Positions 53,076 through 64,000 of a stretch of DNA of 64,000 bases are shown piece after piece. The stretch is from Antedon mediterranea (Eukaryota; Animalia; Echinodermata). The notes under the pieces were generated by a model. It did no database searches and was not told the DNA's origin. It saw only the letters and a list, made by a program, of their open reading frames with translations. The position numbers and the translations under genes are program-made. The stretch lies in assembly GCF_964355755.1 (NCBI RefSeq), contig NC_092674.1:31186001-31250000 (forward strand), given 5' to 3'. Each line of letters starts with the position of its first letter. The first letter of the stretch is position 1.

Positions 53076-55321
53076 ATCTAACTAGTAAATTTACCCTTCG
53101 AGTATAAACAATTTTCCATATCCTCAAATTTAAAAAGGCGTTAACACAATTTGATTAGAATTTAAGTATAGAATGGTGATTAACAGTTAGTAAAGCGAAA
53201 ATAAAAGACATTTTTTTTCTATGAACCCATTGGAATCGTTCGTTTGGTATCGCCTCACGCGATACCAAACAAACAAAACGACTTAAATTGCGATAATTTT
53301 AATCCTATATTATGTAGGAATATGTTAAGGCCTTGGTGAGAGTTCGTTCATTCTGGGTTTTAGAACAAAAGAAGTGTTTATCTAATTTCTCAAGTCTACA
53401 AAAGTAAACTTGTTTAATTTGCTTGTTTCATTATGTTTGATAATTTATTATTTTTCTGTTTTATAAGTAAAACGAAAAAAAACCTCGCTAAAATCAAGTT
53501 TTAAATGTTATTACCTAAATGTCATTACTATAAACTATACCAAATTAATTTCTGTGCTTTCCATTTTGTTGTTGTAAAAATGTATCAATTATTAATTTAT
53601 TTACTCACAATTGATATGGTTATGTATATACTCTATATATTCTTTCTATATTAAAAAAAAATTAAAACTATTAGAAATATAGATGTTGATTCAGTACCAT
53701 ATTTTTATACATTTGTACTGTTTTGTTTTTCTAGGCATCAAATTTTCGAAATAAATGTTATTTATATTTTATTCTTGATAGGCTTTGATGATAAAACAAA
53801 ATAATAATATCAATTGTAATGTTAAAGAAGTCAAGCCATGATCCATAATGTGAATTATTGTCTTTTGCAGATGATCCATTTTGTTGGTCTAAATAAGACG
53901 CAATTAACAAGCTGCATGCAATCAGAGTCAATTAAACATCATCGTCAATATACAGCACTATGTTCGCTGCTGCAATAACATATCTCACACATACGTTTAT
54001 GATACTCTTAAAGTGCTAGTAAGCGGTGTGTTTCAACTTCATATATAGATCAGTAAAGTAGGTTATACTCATATTATGGTGTCGTGAGTTTGGCATATTG
54101 CGGCCGCAGATACGCGCACACAGTTAAACAATCCAAAATATACCGAATATGATACTTTAATGGCCGCATTTCTCTTTTACAAGTAAAACGTTAAGACGAA
54201 TAAAATGTTATGATTACACACTGTGACTGCTGTCTAACCATTAGTTAGGATATGTTTGACTACATCTCAACTACGCTAGTATTTATACAGTAATCTTTAA
54301 TAAACATTGCTATGGAGTAATGGAATGTAATTTTTGATCTAATTTTGGAGGAGGACCAACTGATCCGACCGACCGGAGTCGATAAGTACAAAACATCAGA
54401 GAATGTAATTACAAATAAAATGTGTTCAATAGCATATAGATAGATATAAGAATTCTTTAAATGTTTAGAATTTAATTACAATTATGATTTATGCCAAAAA
54501 GAGCAATAAATAAACGACATTATTGGGCGTGGTATGGAACCGGAATCGAACAAATGCGTTACAGTACCGTAGGGGATATTTAATTTAGTATTGTTGTAAA
54601 ATGTAGCGTATCAGATAGATGGTGTCGTACTTAAATAGAAAGTATACGACACCCTCTATTCAAAACAAAGTTATTATTTAAAAAAATAATACTTTAATGA
54701 GGAACTGTGTTAAACCGACTAAACAATACAGCTAGCCCGCGGGTAAACGTCTCTCCGACACGACACCTAATACAAGAGATATAAAAAATGAGATTTTTCA
54801 AATATCATAACTCGATTTCGTGTGATAATCTAATAAATAGATATATTAAAAATACGATTAACGTCAATAAATGCTGTTAATATTATTGGAAAGTGTAATA
54901 CAGCTAAATAATAAATACCTTAGTATAATGTTAAGTGTAACAATGGAACAAGCAATTGCGGTTATATGCTGAACAATTAACGTCGCAAACCAAAACTTAT
55001 CAACCAATCAGAACCATTGTTTGGCGATTACGTCACTGATGGTCTGCACGACACCAATTATTGTTTGGTCTTTTTACGTATAATAATGGTATAACCCTGA
55101 GGGGTTTGCAATACTTGTATCTGACACAACAATTTAAATTGTTGTCTCAGGTTTAAGATAAACATATATCAATATTATTTGACAGAAAAAAATCAATGTA
55201 TTTAATTTAACCATGTACAAATGGATCAGGTTACCTATAATTTATAAACTGTATATTGTTGGAAATAAACGGCTTTTTGTTTTTGGAAAGGATTATAGGG
55301 AAAATAGTATTGGAATGGTTT

Positions 55322-55425
55322 GGACGCAACAAGGACGTAAGCGTAACGCAACTGATTTGACCAATCACAAGTAATGAATTATTTAAACTATCGCGTGTCA
55401 TTGGTCAACTCGCTTGCGTTACGTC
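55322..55425. mobile_element. MITE family B, degraded copy
   Basis: Aligns by eye, inverted, to 60289-60445 (GGACGCAA..TTGACCAATCACAAGT..TGTCATTGGT). Confidence 0.6.
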
Positions 55426-56452
55426 TGTAGTAGGATCCAAACGTTATAGTCAAAAACCAAGATTGAAAAAATGTTACATAACATGTAACATAATTAACAA
55501 TGTTACATAATAATAAGTTAGGCTTATTCACGAAAAATATACCATGGTAGTTTAGTTTGGTGTTCTTTATATTGATGGCATAAACATTTGGGGCGTGGCA
55601 GTTGCTATGACGATAAATGTATTAATGCTTGATTCGACAAACATTGTTACAAAATGTCATTATACAAATAAGTCGGTCAATACAATTAAATAAATGGTTT
55701 CCCACTTTGCCTCATCTCAATAAATGCTTCATTTTTTTTGTAGAAAAGAACATTTTAACAAATCATCATTAGTCGGTCGACGAAAATGTTTATATTTGTA
55801 CCAGCGACACATTAGCAATAATATTGGATTTTAAAAGCAACGTCTCCTCAATATTTGTAATTGGGTCAAGTGTTTTGTTCAGTTACAACGCAATGGTCCG
55901 TGACGATCGCCAAGCACATTCATAGAGCACACCACGCATGCGCATCCATAGAGTATGTCCACGCATGCGCATCATCTTGACAAGCATCATTACTTTAGAA
56001 CATTCTTTATGTCATACTTCTGTATTGGGTAATGTAACACAAGTACTAAATAGTTTGATTCAGTTTGAGGGCACTATTGAAATACCAATTTTGTATTTTG
56101 AAACTAACGACTGATTTATATGATGTCATTTAAATTTCCTAACCGTGAAATACAAGCCAGATTGATGGACTGTTATATAACCACTTTCGCAGTTATTTAC
56201 ATAAAAGGTTACATTAATAAAAACCAAGAAATTAAATCACATCAATAAAGTGTTTATTTAAAAGTCAAAGTCCTTTGTCGGTTTTTAGTTTCAAATCCCC
56301 AGTGTTCTTGGTGCTTGGTGATTTGCGCTAGGGGAGTCAAATGAGATGGGGTGAAAAGCACACTGAATATCATGTCGTTTAGATAATATTAATGCATTAT
56401 ATTTTGATGTTATATCGCACCAGGAATGTGTAGTAGTTTAATGACTGGCTAA

Positions 56453-56588
56453 AGCTCTGTCTACACTATCAAACTTTATGTGATATGCCCATATATGGAC
56501 ATGATGATGTCATATCGCTACCATATTTGGGCATGTCACTAGGCACATCACATTTTTTGTGTCACATAGAGTTTGTGTAGACAGAGCT
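56453..56588. mobile_element. MITE family A
   Basis: AGCTCTGTCTACAC...GTGTAGACAGAGCT plus the core. Confidence 0.88.
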
Positions 56589-57671
56589 TTAATCTTTTTA
56601 AAAACATAATATAAGGCCTAATTTTTTTTTCTGGGAGAAAAAGACCTTTCTAAGCTATACTTTTGTCAACGAATTTCAGTGTCCAATTTGATAGATATTT
56701 GTTTTCTTTCTTTCTTTTAAAATCAAAATAATTATGTCTATAACTCAATTCATTTCCAGAGTAGGCTTACTTACTCAACAATGAATATTCCGTGTGAACA
56801 TGAATGAAAAAATCAGATAAAACTGATTTCCAATATCAAATAGAACCAATACCAATCAATTACGTAAGAGACAGTCGAAACCAAAATACAGAAGTTATTA
56901 AAATCTATCGAACGATAACACAGCATTAACAAAGCGGGCGCGATCAATCCCGCGTACGCGCGTCTACTACTTCATACTGTGTTCGATCAAGCTAACACGA
57001 ATTTAAGATATTTTATTATGAAATTAAAGTGATTGAAATTTGAGAGATGATTAATTTGACTGGTTTGAATGTTATTTCAAATACAAGTTTGTTCAATTTA
57101 GAAAAAAGCATTGGTTTCTTATAACACGTTATTTGTACTCAATGATGTATCGTGGCAGGTCTTTTGTGTTGTTCCTCGATGCCAATTTCCTTTTTGAGAA
57201 TAATTACTTGTTTGTCTCAGTTGTTAAAATGATTTTAGTGTGGTATCATATAAATACGATATTTGATCGTGAGCACTAATATTAGATATTCGTGTGCTCG
57301 ACTTAAGTTAACGAGATATCAACTACATTTAGCTTTTTCGAATAATTGCTCTGATGATGAAAAAAATGTTGAAGGGAAAATGTCTCAAAAATTAATCTCA
57401 GAAAAAAATGATTAAAATATAGTATGATGAGTGAACGCGCTGCAACCAGAATGACAAACCAATATTATTTTAAACATTATTAATGTTTTTAGGAAATGAT
57501 GAATGTGAAATGTATTTTGTCGGAGATTAATACGTGACAGTATTTTACATTAATCTTCATTTCTTCCAAAATCATTACAAAAAGTTTAATTTGGTAATGA
57601 TTCAAATGATTCGGTTTTATTACAATTATGAATCATAACAATCTGGTCAACGAATTGACAAACACATTTAA

Positions 57672-57836
57672 AGCTCTATCTACACTATCAACAAACTTTA
57701 TGTGACAAAACAATGTGATGTGCGCATATATGGACATGATGATGTCATATCACTACCATATTTATTCATATCACTACCATATATGGGCACATCACACTTT
57801 TTTTTGTCAAACTAGTTTGATATTTGGGATAGAGCT
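57672..57836. mobile_element. MITE family A
   Basis: TIRs (slightly decayed) and core. Confidence 0.85.
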
Positions 57837-57889
57837 TTAGTTCTTCTTAAGAGACAATATTCAACTTAAATACCCAGAGATTTCTATAA

Positions 57890-58021
57890 AGCTTTGTCTA
57901 CACTATCACACTTTATGTGAAAAAGTGATGTGCCCATGGACACGATAACGTCATATCACTACCATATTTGGGCGCATCACACTTTTTTTTGTCAAACTAG
58001 TTAGATAGTGTAGACAGGGCT
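57890..58021. mobile_element. MITE family A
   Basis: TIRs and core, TAA on both sides. Confidence 0.87.
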
Positions 58022-58933
58022 TAACTGATGAGTTTTAAAAAGTAACCATGAACATAGACAAAATGGAATACTGTATTATAATAATAAAAGTATCATTATT
58101 ACATCGTGTTTATTATTTAGAGTTTGTGTTGTTGTCAATGGTGAAATGATGACGACAGAGAACATGAATTCTAGATATATATTCTGTTTCCATATCTTTA
58201 TAATATTCACGGAATATTTATTGTTCAGTAAAATAATTATACTTTTACCAATTGTAAATAAAATACTTGCAGCGTGGACATGAATATAATGAAGGCATTT
58301 AATATGCAATTTTGAATTATTGCATCGGAGTTTGAATATTAATATTTAAGTTCTTGTGTGTTACAGTGTATGTTATTAAAGAATTTTCATCAAGCACAAA
58401 CAAAAATCGATATTTAAAAAAACATGATACGTTTTAATTTATTTTTAATTGAATTTTATGGAATTAAAGTGAGTTATCATTATATTCATTTTGTTATTTT
58501 TTTTTGTTACACACACGCAAACATGAATTAATTCTTAGTGGTTGTGAACTTGATGCAATGTCTTAAAAATAACAAATTAAAAGTAAGGCTGTGCTTGAAT
58601 TGAACAAAATGAATTTAATAGGATATTTTATGGGAAATTGTTCGTCAGTAATTCAAAATGAAGATGATAACTAAAGTTATATATTAAAATAATGAATTTA
58701 ACTTTCATAAAGTTTATGTAACAAAATATATTAAAAAAACAATCGATGGCATAAACTATTTAAACAAAACTGGTATATATTATATTAGCTTGTGTTCTTT
58801 AATTAAAATGACATGAAATAAGCAATTCATGAATACCACGAGGTCACCGATTGTCGCATTTTGAAAACCTTTAAAAATTACAGAACTTCACCAACGCCTC
58901 CTATTATACGTTTTCAAATTACACTCAGGCGAA

Positions 58934-59088
58934 AGCTCTGTCTACACTATCAAATATGGTAGTGATATGCCCAAATATGGTAGTGATATGCCCAAATATG
59001 GTAGTGATATGTCCAAATATGGTAGTGATATGACATCAACGTGTCCACATTTGTTTCATCACATTCAGTTTGATGTGGAGACAGAACT
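58934..59088. mobile_element. MITE family A with an expanded internal 21-bp repeat
   Basis: Left TIR followed by four copies of CAAATATGGTAGTGATATG(CC). Confidence 0.83.
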
Positions 59089-59756
59089 TAACAAATCGAA
59101 ATTGTTTTCTAACATTAACAAGCAGCTTATTTATTACATCTCATAGTTTCTGCTTTAAATATTTAAGTTTTACAATTTGAACTATCATTTCTAGTGGTTG
59201 CTTGTAATCTTGTTCTTAAATATTTTCTTGATATTGTTATTGAAATTAAGTTTGACCATGAAATAAAATATTGAATGAATACTTATCCTTGTGTCTACAC
59301 GATACACACAACAACGCGTTTTATTTTGGTACATTACCTGCAAGATTTTAATCATAATCAGAGAGATTTTCAAAATTAAAATATCTATAAATATTCCTCG
59401 CGTCATAATCTGTTCGTTGTAACGGTTTTAATTGACAGCTTTTGTTTGAAATTAAACAGACAAATTAAAAGTGATAGGTGAACGTCCGGGGTTGGATTCT
59501 CTAATGAACTTATTATCTGTTTTGTCAAAGCCTTTATAGCTAATTCAATAGCAATCAAACAAACAAGATATTGCATTAGTTGCCAGACCTTATGACAGGT
59601 GATTGAGAAAGAAAAAAGCGTTTTAAAATTGTTGGTGAACGCGTTCTGAACGGATTGTTAAACGCTTGTAATACTTTAATAATGAATGTCATTGAGATTC
59701 AGACTCTCAGGAGGAATGCCGTATATTATTTAAACTAAAATTAACATTTAATCTAA

Positions 59757-59896
59757 AGCTCTGTCTACACTATAAAACTTTAGTGTTACAAAAAAATGTG
59801 ATGTCATAATATATGGACACGATGATGTCATATCACTACCATATTTGGGCATATCACATTTTTTGTCACATAAAGTTTGATAGTGTAGACAGTGCT
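59757..59896. mobile_element. MITE family A
   Basis: TIRs and core, TAA on both sides. Confidence 0.9.
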
Positions 59897-60288
59897 TAAG
59901 CAACTGTAATGTGTACATTTATTTAGGACATATAAACGCGAAATGCGTGAAACTTTGGTAAATAACGACGCGCGTTCCAATCTTTTAGACGCGCACCATG
60001 TACACTAATTTGACTCAATCAATTTAGCATTATAATGTTTTATTCAGGTTAACAACCGATTGGAAATGTTTCTAGAACATGATGTGGCCTTTAACAGTGG
60101 GTCCACATATCTAGACTCAAACTGATGCATGACTAGGCAGTTAATGTACCTGGAAGGAACCGTGTTCTCTCTCTTACCAATAATCACAGGAGACGAAATC
60201 TTATCTGTAAACTACAGACTAATAATATTATCTTATTTTTTTCTGTACGAAATACGACGGTGTAAGACTGCTCAGCTCATAGTATTAA

Positions 60289-60445
60289 AGCTTGGTTCCC
60301 ACTAGGACGCAACGCAAGAAAGTAAAACGTGTGTTAACCAATGACAAGCGACAGTTCAAATAAACCATGACCATGACTTGTGATTGGTCAACTCACTACG
60401 TTGCGGCTACGTCATTGCATTGCGTCCTAGTGGGGGAACTAAGCT
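60289..60445. mobile_element. MITE family B (PIF/Harbinger-like)
   Basis: TIR AGCTTGGTTCCCACTAGGACGCAA / TTGCGTCCTAGTGGGGGAACTAAGCT, palindromic body, TAA on both sides. Confidence 0.82.
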
Positions 60446-62851
60446 TAAGTAGACCTATAGTTATCGATCATTTCTATCTGTCTATGTATATTTATCATGC
60501 TATTTATTAACACCACTTAAGTCACTAGACTTTCCTCGTTTCGCAATACCGTTAACAATGACAGTTTTATTACGATAAAATGAATATCATTTATCATGAA
60601 AAAGATATCATTTAACACTATCAATACAAGTTCATTTTGAGATCACAAGATGGCTATTTTGGGATGCAAACTTCGGGACGTTCCGGTAGACTTCGGGATG
60701 TTTCGGCAGTCTTAGGGATCTTCCGGTACACTTCGGGAAAGAGTCACGTTTTGATTGCTTGTTTTCATTGGTTGAAAGTATAGCAACTGAAATTCCGAAC
60801 TAAAAGTGCACTCCGCTTGCTAACGACGACTTTAATCAGCAAGACTTTTTACATAAAAGGGCATTATGCTTTATATCAATGAAATACGATATATTAAACA
60901 GAGATAATCATTGCGTTTTAATGTCGAGAAATGGGGTAGAACTTACATAGAATCTGGTGGATTCATTTGTCGATTCGTGTATAAAGTTCGCCGGGTGAAT
61001 TAGTTCTCAAATGTGTTCATCTAGACCCTCCTTATTTGCTTTGCTTTATGAAATTTATTACGACATAATTTTATTATCCAATCAAAACAAAACATAGCTT
61101 ATATACGCGCGCGTGGTCAGTACGCTACCGTCAAGGATCAAAGTGATCACTAAATGTACCGCTCTAAAAAACTAATTGTGCAGAACGCTATATCAATGAC
61201 ATTATTATTAATATGGTTATTATTAATCTGTTTTAATATACGAATCTGTATACATTTTCATCTTTGAAAAAGTTCACCTCGATATACACACGGTTTAATT
61301 AAACTCGTTCATTTACAGAAACAAAACACATTAAAACGTCAGTATAGAGCATTACCGATGTCTTTTCCATCTGAACGCACTCTACTTACCGGTTTATTTA
61401 TACTTAATAAAATGAAAAACACAATAACAAATCAGAAACTTCACCCGATAATAATGAATTTAATCGATCGAACATTAAAATACTATTCATTTCGTGTCAC
61501 TTCATTTGTTATTTTCATTTAATGGAAATCCTTGCCAGTGAAATCGTTCATCGCAGTAATAACTGTAATGGCGTGCTCATTGTCAAAAAGGCCATATTTC
61601 CTTTCATAAAATATGTTGTATTCTTATGAAATGAATGCAACAGCTAATACGATCACTTTTTTTCAAATCAAATTTTCGATGATAACTTAATAATATGTCT
61701 ATCGTGTCACGTCGTCGTCAAATGAAATTTATTATAAAAATTCGGATAAAAAAATATGATATGTTATCGTTACAAAATCAAATACACCGATCAAAAAGAA
61801 AAATGAAAAAAAAAGTGGGGGAAGGGGGCTTGCGTAATGAACTGTACCGACAGTAGTCAGCAAAAGATGATACAGAAAAGACCGTACTAGAATATAGGTA
61901 ACAACAAAATCAAGGTTTTACGTTATAATAACACAAATTATTCATCTGTAACGTTCGTATACTCAACAGCAATGATATCTAAAAAGATTAAAGTCATTTT
62001 GTTAATAAATCTACAATATTTCCCTCGTGAATTCAGAGAACAATTGTTTCAATGACTGCTCCACCACGCATTGAAATCACATATCCTTCACATTCAGCAT
62101 ACGTTTACTAATATAACACGCGTGCGTGTACAAAAGTCGTTGTCAAGCACGCACACGTCACGTAAATTAAAGTATTTGTTTAATAGGTTCGTGCGCATTT
62201 ACAATAAATTACGTTACAGCAAAAACGTATAATTATTTGTGCGTTATTGTAATCAGGTGTATGTCTTATCGACAATCAAAACTAGCTCTATATCACCATA
62301 AATGACAATTATCAGGATATCAGGCAAACAAAGCGCCACGCGTGGGATGCGCGCCGACACGCATGCTTTATATCAACATGCACGGATGATGCCCCAGGCC
62401 TAAATAAGCTGAATTACAAAACAGTGACACTTTCATAATAATTTATATTAATATTCTGACAGGTATTACAATGGACTTAGAATATTAAATAGGCCTACAT
62501 TTAGACAAACTTCCATACGGTACATAAACAAAATCTTGCTTTTTAAATGTTTTGTAGGCCTAATTGGCCAAATTTTAATCTAGGCCTATGCGTCATTTTA
62601 ATATTTTTAATAAAATATTTTGATGATATAAATTTTAATTTCCTGTTGCGTCTTTTTAATGTAATGTATGCCCACGTGAGTAAAAGATTAAACGAAGTTA
62701 AAAGTCTAGCCTAAAGATGTACTTTGCTAAATAACAGCCAAGATCAAGATAATTAAATATAACTGTATTTATATTTTAATGCATTCTGTCTTCATTGGTT
62801 GCAACAGTAGTAAACGGATATAAAAACCAAAGTAATCGAATTCAAAGATGG

Positions 62852-62914
62852 CGATTCCATCGAATGGTCATTCGATTCTATCGAATGGTCATTCGATTCT
62901 ATCGAATGGTCATT
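62852..62914. repeat. Tandem repeat, 3 x 21 bp
   Basis: Unit CGATTC(C/T)ATCGAATGGTCATT. Confidence 0.9.
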
Positions 62915-64000
62915 TCACCTTTGACCGTTAGTGATCAAATTAAACTTACAATATCGCATTACCGAAAGTCAAATGAAAGTAATGTATTAAAATGAGCGTA
63001 CAGTTGAAATGCTGCATGTACGTAAAGCACACTACCGACGGTATGGGTGGTCCTGTGGACAAGAAGCGGACAAAAACCTGTATACGTAACGACTGACATG
63101 ATGATTGCTTTTACCTGGACTTCGAATAATACACAGATTGCCACTAATGGCTAACTAAACAATTGAGTAGATAGTACATGTCGTAATAAAGTCTCTTGCA
63201 TGCGTTTATACAAGTCAAGAGGACGATGAAAAATATGACAGTTTGAATTCCGAGTGAAATTAATGGATTGCTGTTTCCGGTCAATCGTATTTGAACCCGG
63301 TCACTCAGATTATTAACAAAATTGACATTTGATGTTTGCTTGTCTTTCTCATCAATCTTTCTGTACTCATTACCACTTTCTGAGATCTTATTAGCAAAAC
63401 AAAAAATTTACAGAACTCAAAAAGGATGGGAATGTGGTTTAGCAGTTCGTCACATCACTCTCTAAATAAGAATATTTAGGTAACTTACCTTAATTCGGGC
63501 ACAATATAAACTCTAAGTTGAGGCTTAACCTAACAAACCCTTTAATTGGTCCTCCAAATTCTGAATGTAAACTTCTCATTTTAGGTCAAGTCAACGATGT
63601 CTATAGGCCTTATAAAATAAACAAACAAAAATCCATGATTTATTTACATTTTCACACCAAGAATTTCTTAAATGATACTTATACTAATCTAAAACTATTA
63701 TTAAGTATAAATAACTATATAAATTCATGTTTATTTTTGTTATTTCCATTTGATCAGTTCATTTTATTTAAAAATACATGTTAATACTATATTTCCATGG
63801 AAACAAAGCACACATGGGCATTGCCATGGAGTAATTAACACCGTAAATTACTCAAAATAAAAAAAAAATATTTCTACTTTTACAATTCGTATATTTCCAT
63901 TGAAAGAACATGTGGATTCATTGATATTATTAATATGATTGTATACAAACGATATAGTGATAACAACTGTATACAACAACAAATGAAACAGAATTGGATG

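Noticed and set aside
6288-59406. Remaining 60-100 aa ORFs in the track
   Set aside because: F/I/L/N/K-rich composition expected from random AT-rich intronic DNA; many have non-ATG starts and some are MITE or microsatellite translations.
62795-63784. Neighbouring gene at the right end
   Set aside because: The ORFs are short, repeat-derived or AT-biased, with no recognisable domain or consistent splice structure.

Overview
AT-rich animal genomic DNA with spliceosomal introns; it is not prokaryotic. An invertebrate deuterostome such as an echinoderm is plausible, but that is inference. One gene dominates: a dachshund (Dach/Dac, Ski/Sno family) transcriptional regulator on the minus strand. I reconstructed 8 coding exons by hand (52832-52417, 25050-24929, 23179-22808, 17569-17456, 12863-12675, 1225-1142, 438-286, 114-10). 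All introns are GT-AG, the frame is continuous for about 518 codons, and the gene runs off the left edge. The introns (up to 27.4 kb) and about 11 kb of upstream DNA contain: a 3.6-kb non-autonomous DNA transposon with perfect 32-bp TIRs carrying an internal higher-order satellite, itself interrupted by a SINE-like insertion with a 9-bp TSD; 13 loci of one PIF/Harbinger-type MITE family; a second MITE family; and several minisatellites. I see no clearly new protein-coding system. The best leads are the nested transposon/satellite/SINE, a 67-codon uORF and a perfect hairpin just upstream of the Dach start, an intronic array with 13 TAATCC+CCAAT units, and the splice architecture (NAGNAG acceptor, six symmetric phase-1 exons).
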